In this document: piece after piece, positions 43,001 to 51,521 of the stretch
Layout: the number at the start of each line of letters is the position of its first letter
Position numbering within the stretch: position 1 is the first letter of the stretch
Assembly (NCBI GenBank): GCA_945870025.1
Contig: CAMBQN010000002.1
Coordinates: forward strand, 75,762 to 139,761
DNA from: Akkermansia muciniphila
Lineage (GTDB): Bacteria; Verrucomicrobiota; Kiritimatiellia; RFP12; JAAYNR01
Direction of reading: 5' to 3'
DNA: 64,000 bases
Program-made: the position numbers and the translations under genes
The notes under the pieces: generated by a model
The model's database searches: none
Seen by the model: the letters and a program-made list of their open reading frames with translations, nothing else
What the model was told of the DNA's origin: nothing

Positions 43001-44985
43001 CCCGCATTGCGGTAACCACTATAAGTCCACACGTCCGGCCAGTCCGCGGGCTTCTCCTTGAAAGGCTCTTTCCTCCGTTTGATCGAGCCGTCGGGCTTGC
43101 CGGCCGGCATATGGCCGTCGCCGTGCGAATGGAAATCCAGGTATTGCTGATGCACCAGCACCGTGGCTTCGCTTCCAGAAGCGTCTTCCACTTTCAGGTC
43201 CAAAATGCCCCAGTAGGTGGCCCCGGCCGTGGTCTGGTCACTATCGGCAGTCGCGCGGATGCCGACCCGGGTGAGTAGATAGTTAATCGGATAATGGTTC
43301 GTTTCCCCGTTCGCATACCGTTCCGTCGGCAAACCGATGTCCTGAAAAGCAATCGTCGCCGGCGATGGCGGTTTGTTCGTTGACAGATCGAAGCAATAGG
43401 GTCTGGCTACCTCGCGCGGCCCATATACCAGTTTGGACTGCTCCAGTTGCGTCATCTGCCGCAGCCCAGCCCAAACGGCGAACGCCTGCGCGTCCTCCCC
43501 GGCAACGGCGCCCCTGCGAAACGGGCATCTGACCTCAAAGACTGGCGGCCGCGCGATTTTGGCCTCGGCCTTGTCCTTGTCGCGCGTCGTTACGTCCTTC
43601 ACGAACGCATCAATGATCGCGTCCTTCGGTTCATCGCCGTCCAGAAGATCCCGCTTCCCGGCGCCATCGGAGCCAGCTCCTGTCGGAATCTTGGCGGGCT
43701 CATCCGTCTTCGGCGACGTGATGGTCAGACCGCCGTACTCCACGATCGTATAAGGCTCGCATCCGGGTCCGCGATCAATCTTGATCTCGTTTTTGTGCCT
43801 GTCACCAGTGCCCTCAGATGCCCCGAGTTCACATGCGGGCTCTGCGTCCGCAAGAATCGGATTCGATCCATAATATCTCCCTGTGAAAACCTTGGCCGGC
43901 GGGGGCTTGGCGCAAAAGGCCCGGCCGGCCGCCACGTCAGGCGGCAACGAGTTGAGGAAGTCCGTGTACTGCCCCTGCGTGATGTCATACTTCATGCAGT
44001 AGACGGTGTCATAACCGGTCGGATAGTCGTCGTTCAGGGTGGTGCCGGAAGAAAGCCTCGGGATTGCATCGTGAAACTGCTCGGCATGCGTATGCGTCGC
44101 CCAGAGCTGGCCAGGAAGAATACCGATGCGCCGGGCCCGGGTCCCTTCCTGAACCGGTCCGCTCCACTCCGCGTCCACCAGGAACGGAATCGAGGGGCCG
44201 CCCCGCCAGGAACCTTCGGTCAGACTACCCCAGTCTTGTTTTGTCCAAGAACCATCGGGCAGCATCATGGCCGCCTCCCAGTCGTGCCGGTTAAGGGGCA
44301 TGTCAGGACCGTCGCTGAAGCGGCTGATGCCGGTCGGATACCCGGAGCCCACCTTGCACGGCCCCTCGGGCACATAGACCATCGGAATCGCGTACACCCG
44401 AACCGCCGCCTTGGTCGGATCCACCTTGCCTGCCCCATGCTGCCAGCGCAGTTTGACGCCCTTGAAGGTGTTGGCGCCGTGCCCGATCGCATCGCGGTAG
44501 ATAAACACCCCTATCCCCCGGCTGCCATCCTCGGACACGCGGAGGGTATTCGTCGCGCCAGCGGGCATTACATGCAGGGAAGGGTCCGGCGCGAGTGTCG
44601 CGTGTTGCCAGTGGTTGCGCTCGATGCTCTTAATGGAGTCCTTTTCGGGCAGGAACTTGACGAACACCCAGGCCGCATCCCAGTTCTCGACCTCTATCGG
44701 CTTATGGGTGATACTCGTTTCCGCTGGCTCCGTCCACTTCGCCCGCCAGGAACCGGACCACGAGAGGTCGAACGTCACCTCGGTGTAGTCTTTATTGACG
44801 ACCTTCCAACTGACGTTCGTCACCAGCAGGTCATACGTCGGCGCACCGTGAAACCGCGCCGCCGGATCGTTTGCCCCGATCCAGGTCGAGGGGGTCTCCG
44901 CCAGAACGCGCGCTGCGCCTGACAGCAGTAAACCACAAGCAACCGTAATTGCCCGTATGGCATTCAGCACTCGTTGGTGGTTCAT
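40003..44985 (-). CDS. Giant secreted protein B (~1,660 aa), paralog of 29993-34735
   Basis: The ORF extends to 45156; the preferred start is ATG 44985 (MNHQRVLNAIRAITVACGLLLSGAARVLA). It has the same architecture as protein A. Domain copies: TFDLSWSGSWRAKWTEPAETSITHKPIEVENWDAAWVFVKF and TFDLSWNNSWRAKWTEPAEKNVTGKPLQVESWDAAWVFVKF. FGE-like motifs: VYCMKYDITQGQYTDFLNSLP, FYIMKYSITQGEYARFL, ASYWGIQDLSMSGCVHEWP. Confidence 0.8.
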   Translation of the reverse strand: MNHQRVLNAIRAITVACGLLLSGAARVLAETPSTWIGANDPAARFHGAPTYDLLVTNVSWKVVNKDYTEVTFDLSWSGSWRAKWTEPAETSITHKPIEVENWDAAWVFVKFLPEKDSIKSIERNHWQHATLAPDPSLHVMPAGATNTLRVSEDGSRGIGVFIYRDAIGHGANTFKGVKLRWQHGAGKVDPTKAAVRVYAIPMVYVPEGPCKVGSGYPTGISRFSDGPDMPLNRHDWEAAMMLPDGSWTKQDWGSLTEGSWRGGPSIPFLVDAEWSGPVQEGTRARRIGILPGQLWATHTHAEQFHDAIPRLSSGTTLNDDYPTGYDTVYCMKYDITQGQYTDFLNSLPPDVAAGRAFCAKPPPAKVFTGRYYGSNPILADAEPACELGASEGTGDRHKNEIKIDRGPGCEPYTIVEYGGLTITSPKTDEPAKIPTGAGSDGAGKRDLLDGDEPKDAIIDAFVKDVTTRDKDKAEAKIARPPVFEVRCPFRRGAVAGEDAQAFAVWAGLRQMTQLEQSKLVYGPREVARPYCFDLSTNKPPSPATIAFQDIGLPTERYANGETNHYPINYLLTRVGIRATADSDQTTAGATYWGILDLKVEDASGSEATVLVHQQYLDFHSHGDGHMPAGKPDGSIKRRKEPFKEKPADWPDVWTYSGYRNAGTSMRLVASAPTPKLRRDASATNRMVAVKAPPAKPPASSPEDTTRADTIQITNIKWEAGTKEYSTVTFDLSWNNSWRAKWTEPAEKNVTGKPLQVESWDAAWVFVKFRPFEERVFSHALLDLDAVRHQKPAGATLEVAASDDGLKGLGVFIYRDAVGNGANHFKGVKLRWQHPPSLGSSGATSPPSFRPQESRDSGAASAAEFDPAKAELSVHAIAMVYVPEGPFHYKGGWENHQLADGHTHPLTLINNPDPTQPGGRPGLGTNADPAVVTNTTPACETYPNGYRSFYIMKYSITQGEYARFLTEQAPNLEEAHYNEGRYGALKYDDARRFADCYGARGYTISFIPGEGRYEAEVPDRPANLLSLPDIQSFMACAGLRPPSDLEYDKSCRGPRAVARAEEAWVPGTCAPAAGLPSFVSGQIRKDVLPERRAFWPGASYWGIQDLSMSGCVHEWPFVANNNPVRVGKNNAAPAGSWKGYNGTHGNGSPEVPDATWGWSAWGEWYERSYGQWAYQGRDHCIAYWFPATEFAESIGSGLWDRTGRYGARAARNAPVTVDPSSPLELDPLPDLRGQNIDIAIFDLTGRYNNTSDKPLKVELKTALPDACFPDGAASRVFTAAPKAVTPFRILTALTIQSPTCAVRRVNWLPVRILDPGGQVLAQRDVQLLIDKPENRLSAWAPKPSIDSLVGGELIVRIMNATERPQALTLNLPPPPGVKMSESSRSVSLAARELAKVAYPFPRQGFPDKKALEVGRGGNPWEDRTSQMPYRVAFSKGAPLEGETAVVLQARSRWWFFRRDKTEARLEDVDLTQKQTDGEDNALTEALGKFTEDVNEYGSVFKTNAPPKGWKPVIYDAAPLIAMFGVDTLNPDGVEYRGIRIGALRRGAVMVAATRFEALRDQDVTLIVDHNANMMHAFCQFANRIWINDALVHQTPIGQRPDPKDERNKPKTCRIRKGGNTMVVKVTQDDYPKINPGTMRIQFLDAKDGKLVEGLIFDVDKK

Positions 44986-45141
44986 ATTGTCCCTTTCTTC
45001 TTTTGTTAAACATAGCTGCTCTTTGGACATCATACGCCACCTCCTGATTGTAGCCTGTGTTTCAAGGCATATCTCGAAACACACCCAGTATATCTTGAAG
45101 CTCAGATTTTGGCACAGTAAAAATAGGCTTGCAATTGCGAA

Positions 45142-45157
45142 AGTGTTTCGAGACACT
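45142..45157. promoter_or_regulatory. Candidate operator palindrome in the giant-gene/lacI divergent region
   Basis: agtgtttcgagacact is a 16-nt palindrome with one mismatch, 26 nt upstream of the LacI-family ATG. A related pair, tgtgtttc-N12-gaaacaca, lies at 45056-45083. Confidence 0.3.
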
Positions 45158-45182
45158 CGTCACACGCGAAAGGACTCTTTAT

Positions 45183-46199
45183 ATGGCAATCTCTGGCAGA
45201 CGGTTGGCGCAATTGGCAGGCGTATCGCCGGCCACGGCCTGGCGTGCCTTGCACGGGCAATATGGCGTAAGCGAGGAGATCCAGCGCAAGGTACTCGCAC
45301 TGGCGAGAAAGCATCAATTTCCACTGCCTGCAATGCGAGCGCCAGAAACGCCGAACCTGCTGAATGTCTGCGCGTCGTGCATCAACATTCAGGGCGAGGT
45401 GTCGACTCAGGGCTTCAACCACCGCCTGCTGACCGGCCTGCAGCAGGGCGCGGCCACGTGCGGCGCAGAATCGCCCAACTACCAGATGAACTGGGTGCAC
45501 GAGGCGAACTGGCCGCTGGCGGTTACTCGCATGGAGGTCGACGGGGTGATCTTGCCGCTCGGCAATGAGTTCGGACGCCACCCGTTGTTTCCCGCGCCAG
45601 TACCAGCGGTCTTCATCTTCAACGGGCCGGCGGGCGCGGACGTGGTCACGGTCGCGAACTTCGACGCTTCCCTGGCGATCGGCCGGCATCTAACCGAACT
45701 CGGACACCGGCGCGTCGCCTACATCGGATTCAAGACCAACCTGTCTGTCGAGCGCCTGTACGGACTGCGCGCCGGGTTGGAATCTGCCGACGCTTCGCTA
45801 CCGCCGGAGAACACCTTCCTGTGCACGCACGCCGGTCCGAACGAATTCCGGGTGCTTACGGATAAGTTCCTCGAAACGGCACGCCCCGGCGACACCGGCC
45901 CGCACGGCGTCACAGCCCTGATGGTCTACAACGACATCTTTGCAGCGGTAGTGATCCAGCGTCTACGTGAGCGCGGGTTACGAGTGCCCGAGGACATCAG
46001 CGTAGTCGGCTTTGACAATGTCCGCCCCCCGGAATACGACGGCCCGGCCCTGACCACAGTCACCATGCCGCTGGAAGAAATCGGCGCCGAAGCCGTACGC
46101 CTGCTCTACTGGCGCCTCGCCCATCCCGACGCGCCGCCGCGCAAGCTGGTGCTCGCCGCGCCGCTCGTACCCGGCGAGACCGCCCGGGCCGTGAGTTGA
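45183..46199 (+). CDS. LacI family transcriptional regulator
   Basis: The ORF starts at 45129; the preferred start is ATG 45183 (AAAGGA RBS). N-terminal HTH: ISGRRLAQLAGVSPATAWRALHGQYGVSEEIQRKVLALARKHQF. The periplasmic-binding-protein-like core has VAYIGF, ALMVYNDIFAAVVIQRLRERGLRVPEDISVVGFDN. Confidence 0.85.
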   Translation: MAISGRRLAQLAGVSPATAWRALHGQYGVSEEIQRKVLALARKHQFPLPAMRAPETPNLLNVCASCINIQGEVSTQGFNHRLLTGLQQGAATCGAESPNYQMNWVHEANWPLAVTRMEVDGVILPLGNEFGRHPLFPAPVPAVFIFNGPAGADVVTVANFDASLAIGRHLTELGHRRVAYIGFKTNLSVERLYGLRAGLESADASLPPENTFLCTHAGPNEFRVLTDKFLETARPGDTGPHGVTALMVYNDIFAAVVIQRLRERGLRVPEDISVVGFDNVRPPEYDGPALTTVTMPLEEIGAEAVRLLYWRLAHPDAPPRKLVLAAPLVPGETARAVS

Positions 46200-46336
46200 C
46201 GGGTCAACCCAACCGCCAGCTGCCCGGCTATCTCGCCCGTGCAGCCCTGCCGCCGGTTGGCATCCGGGCGATGCAGCAGCGCCGCACCTCGAAGCCGCGC
46301 CCCTGAGCGGACGCTCATCGACGCGATCGTCGCCCG

Positions 46337-48517
46337 CTACCCCGCCGACCGCCCAGCGGCGAACATGCGCGCCAAGGGCAGGGGCTGGAAGCCGGTGGTC
46401 AGGGCGGCGGCGTCGTCCGCGAGCGTGAAGTCGCCGGCCTCGGCGTCGACGAAGCCGGGATCGACACAGCGGCTGTGGACATCGACGCCAAAGGACTGCT
46501 GTTCGGCCAGCCAGGCCTGCCCCGCAGCCGGATCGCCGGCGCAGAAGTAGATGTTCCCGTCGGCATCGGTGTCGCGCAGGCGGGCCTTGCGACCTTCGCC
46601 GTGGTAGCGCATCTCAGCGACGAGGCGCTGATCCGGCGCCGAGGTGTAGAATATGTTCCGCTTGATGACCGCGCCGTTGAGCGGGCCGTGCTCCAGGGAG
46701 AGAAGACCGCGGTCTGGCGTGCGCAGCGGCAGAGCGAGGATATTGTTGGTGACGCGGTTGACGCCTTTGATCGTGATCCCGGTGGCGTGCCCATGCATGC
46801 CGAACACGAGATTGCCGTGCAGGATGGCATGGTGCTGGTCGTCGTCGCAGCGGATGCCTTCGGCCATCGTCGGCGAGGGGCAGGGTCCTACGACGTTGAA
46901 ACGCACCACGTTGCCACCGCCGGCTCCCGAGATGTAGATGCCGTTGCCGTCGCCCATCACCTGCATCACATCATGGATGCGGTTGTACTCGATCAGGTTG
47001 TCGCGCGAGTGCATGAGCGGCTCGCGCATCGACCAGCTGGGCAGACCGCCGTAGTGCCAGACGTTGTGCACGTAGCCGGCGCCGCATTGCTCGTCCACCG
47101 CGGACCAGTCGATGGTGGCGCTGCACTCGGCCACGCCGCTGCGATCGTACAGCGTGCGGCCAGAGCATACGATGCCGGTGTAGGGCAGATCATGGATGTG
47201 GTTGTCGGCGATGCGGTTGTCGCCGCTCTGCCAGATGAAGATTCCCGGACAGTGCCAGTAGTGCCGACCGATGTGGTGGACGTGATTGCCAACCACCACG
47301 TTGTCACGGTTGCAATAGTGGCGGCTTAGACCGTAGCCGCACAGGACCACGGCGCAGCCGCCGAGCTGCGCGAACTCGCAGCGCTCGATCCGGTTCCACC
47401 GGCAGGCCAGATCCAGACGCACGCCACCGGAGCCGCCTTCGCTGAAGCGGCAGTCGCTCACCCTGCACCGTTCGGCATGGCGGAAGCGCAGCATGCACGA
47501 GGGCGCATCATGCATCTCCCAGTCATGCTGGATGCCGCGACCGGTGAGGCCATGGAAGGCGAAACGGTTGCTGCGGGTGAACCCGATGTTCGTGAAATGG
47601 ATGCCCTGCACGTGGCGTTGGACACCGCCGATCTCGTGCACTCCTTCCACGCGGACGAACTCGGTCAGGGAGGCCGCCTCCAACCCCGTCTCCGGCTCAT
47701 CCCCCTTGGGGCAGTAGTAGAGGCGCGCGGCGGTGGCGTGGTAGACCCAGCAGCCCGGCTCGAGCACGCTCAGGCTGTTCTCCAGCCAGATCGATCCCTC
47801 CGGCGCACAGGGCGGATTGCCGATGGGATAGGTGCAGGGATTCGCCAGGAGGACGACGCCGTTCGCGACATCGATGTCGCGTGGCGCCAGAATGTTCATC
47901 GTCCACTGCATGGCCGGAATGATCAGAAACTCGGCCTCGCGCAGGTCGCCCGCCGGACGGATGGCTCCGGGCGCGAAGGCGAAGCGGTCGTGGAAGAAGC
48001 TGGACTCGCCGTGGCTGAATCCGCTGTGGTCGGTGATCGCGCCATCCGGGCCCAGCAGCTGTGGGTGTCGTCCGGGGGCTTCCACGGCGCAGCGCTGCGG
48101 TTTGATCGCCGGCCCACGGGCCCGTGGTACGCTGCCGGATGCGCCGTACAGCGTGTTGACGGTGGTACCGCCCGGCAGGTCGATGAACCACACGCGACCG
48201 CGCAGCGGCGCAGGCACGTCGGCCAGATCCACAGGGCAGCGCTGCCAACCAGCGAGCGCGAATCCCGAGGAGAGCACGGCCCCGTCCGCGCCCTGCCAGG
48301 TGACCGTGGATCCGTCGTCGCCGCCGTCATCCGGACCGAGCAGCAGGGTCTCGCGCAGGCGATGGACGCCCGGTGCGAGATGGATGGTGACGTCGCCGGG
48401 CGCGTCGCGTCGCCGCTTCCGTACCTGGTCCCGGGCATGGGCGAGGCTGCGCCAGGGCGCGGCGGACGTCCCAGGGTTGCTGTCATCGCCGTTGGGTGAA
48501 ATGTGGACATCGATCAT
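46337..48517 (-). CDS. Right-handed parallel beta-helix repeat protein (pectate-lyase-fold glycosidase/lyase candidate)
   Basis: 726 aa. The N-terminus IDVHISPNGDDSNPGTSAAPWRSLAHARDQVR is typical of beta-helix CAZyme-like proteins. Repeated short coils: NVVVGNHVHHIG, NRIADNHIHDLPYTGI, NLIEYNRIHDV, NVVRFNVV. No signal peptide is seen. Confidence 0.7.
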   Translation of the reverse strand: MIDVHISPNGDDSNPGTSAAPWRSLAHARDQVRKRRRDAPGDVTIHLAPGVHRLRETLLLGPDDGGDDGSTVTWQGADGAVLSSGFALAGWQRCPVDLADVPAPLRGRVWFIDLPGGTTVNTLYGASGSVPRARGPAIKPQRCAVEAPGRHPQLLGPDGAITDHSGFSHGESSFFHDRFAFAPGAIRPAGDLREAEFLIIPAMQWTMNILAPRDIDVANGVVLLANPCTYPIGNPPCAPEGSIWLENSLSVLEPGCWVYHATAARLYYCPKGDEPETGLEAASLTEFVRVEGVHEIGGVQRHVQGIHFTNIGFTRSNRFAFHGLTGRGIQHDWEMHDAPSCMLRFRHAERCRVSDCRFSEGGSGGVRLDLACRWNRIERCEFAQLGGCAVVLCGYGLSRHYCNRDNVVVGNHVHHIGRHYWHCPGIFIWQSGDNRIADNHIHDLPYTGIVCSGRTLYDRSGVAECSATIDWSAVDEQCGAGYVHNVWHYGGLPSWSMREPLMHSRDNLIEYNRIHDVMQVMGDGNGIYISGAGGGNVVRFNVVGPCPSPTMAEGIRCDDDQHHAILHGNLVFGMHGHATGITIKGVNRVTNNILALPLRTPDRGLLSLEHGPLNGAVIKRNIFYTSAPDQRLVAEMRYHGEGRKARLRDTDADGNIYFCAGDPAAGQAWLAEQQSFGVDVHSRCVDPGFVDAEAGDFTLADDAAALTTGFQPLPLARMFAAGRSAG

Positions 48518-48592
48518 GCCGGAGGCTCCATGCCATCCGCAGATGGCGTGCGCGTCGTCGCTGTGAAAGTGAGTTGTTCAAGCCGAAGTAAT

Positions 48593-48678
48593 ATTGATAA
48601 GAAATCGCTTTTCGGCATCCCCCAGTCGGCATCGACCCACACAAGCCGAAAACATGCCGGAACCGGTCTGACGCAACG
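48593..48678 (-). promoter_or_regulatory. Conserved 86-nt leader/promoter element, copy 2
   Basis: Near-identical to 38198-38283, differing by 3 nt after attgataag, one G>A, a 1-nt deletion and GG>AA. It lies 76-161 nt upstream of the beta-helix gene start. Confidence 0.7.
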
Positions 48679-48731
48679 ATGTCATCGGGGGGGAAGCATG
48701 GCAGAAACCGGTGGAAACGTCAATCCCACCG

Positions 48732-48791
48732 CCAAACAGCGTTTTTGTGGCTGACGGGGTACGCCCCGGTAGCCACAAAGACGCTGTTTGG
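48732..48791 (-). terminator. Very stable extended hairpin in the GH78/beta-helix intergenic region
   Basis: ccaaacagcgtttttgtggct (48732-48752) pairs with agccacaaagacgctgtttgg (48771-48791) over 21 positions, with one G-T. An inner cgggg/ccccg stem closes a 4-nt loop. No clear U-tract follows. Confidence 0.35.
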
Positions 48792-48960
48792 GTGTCCTGA
48801 AGGTCGGAACAAGACACCCCTGCCCCATCGCGAGCCGTTATTCGTTCGCGCAGGCAAGGTCTGGTTCGGTGTCATTGTGAAGGACTTCAGGGTCAGACCT
48901 TGTCTCAGGCAAATGTGATATAGTGGCGCTGTTTTCCGACGAATTCCGGAAGATGCCTGA

Positions 48961-48978
48961 GGGGCGTTGCAACGCCCC
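48961..48978 (-). terminator. GC-rich perfect palindrome downstream of the GH78 gene
   Basis: ggggcgttgcaacgcccc is an 18-nt perfect palindrome about 50 nt past the GH78 stop (49028). Confidence 0.4.
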
Positions 48979-49027
48979 CCAGGCGGTTCGACTTGATTCG
49001 TCCTTTCCACCCGCCGCACTCACACCC

Positions 49028-51493
49028 TCAGGCGGATGGGGACTGGTTCCTAGCTGCCGCTTCCTTCAAGCACAAGCGGACCTCACCGTTTGGATGGCGC
49101 TCCTGCAGGTAGGCTCGGCCGCCGTCCTGGTCGATGTTCACATCGAGGCGGCCATCGGCCTCGCGCCGCCAGCGGACGGCTAGTCGCCCGTACGGAGTCG
49201 GCACCTCGCCGGACGCCCACGTCAGAGCGCCGGGACAGGGTGCGACGGCCACCTGTGACCACCCCGGCCCGACCGGCCGCACGCCCAGCACATAGGCGGG
49301 GATCAGCCAGGCAGGTCCCGCGGCCCAGCCATGACACTGGGTGGTATTGCCGGCGCCGACGCGCGTCTCCGGAAAAGTCGGAGCGTCCCCGGTCGCACCC
49401 CAGAGCGCGTGCATCTGGGCAAGCGCTTCCTCGGCCAGTCCGCACTCCAGCAATGCCTGGCAGAGAAAATGTCCGAACCAGAGCGTGCCGACCGGGACGA
49501 TCTGCTGCGGCCCGGGGCGGGGCGCATTCCACAGTGCCTGTTCGCCCACGGGAACCGGCCCCAGGTTGGCCGGCTCGATCAGTCGGCGTAGCAATGCGGT
49601 CCGCCCAGCCTCCGGGCAGATGCCCGACAGCACCGCCAGGATATTGGCGTGCTGGCTGTAGATGGGCGCGCAACCGCCGCTTTCCGGGGCGTCGCGGTAG
49701 AGCTGGCGGTCCGCATCCCAGAAGCGCCGGTGCGCCATCGCACGCACGCGGGCAAGGCGTGCGGGCAGGTCCGGTTCGAGAACCTGGGCGAAGATCGGGT
49801 CGGCGGCCAGGCGGCTCAGCGCCCAGACATGGAAGGCGTTGGTCAGCAGGATGCAGCCGCTATCCTCGATCGGCGACCAGTCCCAGAACTGCCCCGCCGG
49901 CCAGGAGGCGACGAGACCCTCGGCGTCGGTCAGGGGGCGGATCAGTCCCAGGAGTTTTTCGACAGTCGGCATCAGTTGTGCGCACCCCGGCTCATCCCCG
50001 GCGAAAAGTCGGTAGTCCGCGAGGGCGTGCAGCCACATCAGGCTGGACGACGCAAAGGCGCAATTCGTCCGCTCGGAGGGCATGAAGCCGTTGATGCGGC
50101 CGTCCGGCAGGGCGTTCTGCGCCCCCTGAAACAGGGCTCGGCGAAGCAGGCGGGTGTCGCCGAAGGCATAGGCGGCGACGCGTCCATGGAGGTAGAGATC
50201 CTCCATCCACTGGACGCGCTCGCGGCTGGCGCAATCGGTGAAGGCGTCGGTGGTGCAGACGCGCACGGTCTCCGCGCCGCGCCGCGCGTAGCCGGCCAGC
50301 TGCGCATCGGATGTGGCGAGCGGCGCGGGGGAGGGGAAGGGATACGTCTCTTCGAGCGCCTGCACGGCGAGCAGTCGCAGGGTCCCGACACCGGCAAGAT
50401 CGATCGTCAGAAAGCGGAAACCGCGGGGATGCACGGGGCGGACCACTCCAGGCCCAGCCGACAACCGGAACCGGTCGGCCATGCGGGCATAGGTGCGCTC
50501 GGGATTGACCGAACCGTCCCGACGCGGCACATCGTCATAGGCAAGATCAATGGTGACCCCCGGTTCGGCAGCCTCCACCGTGAGGATTGGATAACCGGAA
50601 ACGGTGCGGCCGAAGTCCACGGTCAGCCAGCGGCCCGCCTCGACGCCGCCAGGCAGGGCAAAGTCCGCCGGCAACACCGTGACCCCGCCCAGCATCCGAA
50701 CCCGTGCTGCGACCTGTTTGCCGGGGATGTCGAGGGTTGAGACGCCGTCGAGCCAGCCGCCAGCGCCCCCGCGGCGCTTGGCCTCATCATCCTCGGACAC
50801 CGCTCCCGCTTGCCACGTTCCGGACACCAGGATGGTGACGCCCTGAACTTCCTGACGCGCCGTAGGATGGATGTCTGGCTCGACCAGTCGTGCCCAGGGC
50901 GCGCAGGGCGGGCGCCCGATTTCGACCGCCGCCGTCCAGTCGGAGTCATCAAAGGCCACGGTTGTCCAACCGGCCGGAAGACGCGACAGGTCGCATTCCT
51001 CCCAGAAGCCGAAGTGGGACATCAGACACGGCAAATCCAATCGCCAGGCAACGCCCTGCCGGCAACGCCAGGAGCGGTCGCTGCCAAAGCCGATACCGTT
51101 GCCGGAGACCTCCACGAGCAGGCCCGGGCGACCGGTCATGACCGCGGCATTGATCACGCCGATATGGTGTGCCAGGACGGCCACCACATGCGCTCCGGCC
51201 GGCAAACGCAGGCGGTGGCGATCGAATCCATAGTAGTCCAGATGCGACCGCGCCGGGCCGCGGCCGATGCGGTTCCCGTCGACGTGCAGTTCGTAGAAAC
51301 TGTCGGCCGTGATAGCGACATGGATCTCCGTTTCGGTTTCCAGAACAAACGAGCGACGGAACAAAGCATAGGCATTGCGCGCCCGTTCCACGGCCTCGGA
51401 CCATACCCAGGCGCCACGCCAATCGCTCTTCTCTGTTCCCTGGCACAGGAATCCCGATGGTCCGTCGCAGGTTTCCCCCGACATCGTACTCAT
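49028..51493 (-). CDS. GH78-like alpha-L-rhamnosidase
   Basis: 821 aa. N-terminal domain: NAYALFRRSFVLETETEIHVAITADSFYELHVDGNRIGRGP. Catalytic six-hairpin motif: TDCASRERVQWMEDL (compare GH78 DCPxRERxGWxGD). The C-terminal region has HGWAAGPAW. Confidence 0.7.
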   Translation of the reverse strand: MSTMSGETCDGPSGFLCQGTEKSDWRGAWVWSEAVERARNAYALFRRSFVLETETEIHVAITADSFYELHVDGNRIGRGPARSHLDYYGFDRHRLRLPAGAHVVAVLAHHIGVINAAVMTGRPGLLVEVSGNGIGFGSDRSWRCRQGVAWRLDLPCLMSHFGFWEECDLSRLPAGWTTVAFDDSDWTAAVEIGRPPCAPWARLVEPDIHPTARQEVQGVTILVSGTWQAGAVSEDDEAKRRGGAGGWLDGVSTLDIPGKQVAARVRMLGGVTVLPADFALPGGVEAGRWLTVDFGRTVSGYPILTVEAAEPGVTIDLAYDDVPRRDGSVNPERTYARMADRFRLSAGPGVVRPVHPRGFRFLTIDLAGVGTLRLLAVQALEETYPFPSPAPLATSDAQLAGYARRGAETVRVCTTDAFTDCASRERVQWMEDLYLHGRVAAYAFGDTRLLRRALFQGAQNALPDGRINGFMPSERTNCAFASSSLMWLHALADYRLFAGDEPGCAQLMPTVEKLLGLIRPLTDAEGLVASWPAGQFWDWSPIEDSGCILLTNAFHVWALSRLAADPIFAQVLEPDLPARLARVRAMAHRRFWDADRQLYRDAPESGGCAPIYSQHANILAVLSGICPEAGRTALLRRLIEPANLGPVPVGEQALWNAPRPGPQQIVPVGTLWFGHFLCQALLECGLAEEALAQMHALWGATGDAPTFPETRVGAGNTTQCHGWAAGPAWLIPAYVLGVRPVGPGWSQVAVAPCPGALTWASGEVPTPYGRLAVRWRREADGRLDVNIDQDGGRAYLQERHPNGEVRLCLKEAAARNQSPSA

Positions 51494-51521
51494 GTGCCCG
51501 CTCCAATTGCGTCACCACACA

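Noticed and set aside
29993-44985. Diversity-generating retroelement targeting the FGE/C-type-lectin-like modules
   Set aside because: There is no reverse transcriptase gene in the window. I saw no template/variable repeat pair with adenine-specific mismatches. The duplicated segments I found differ by mixed substitution types.
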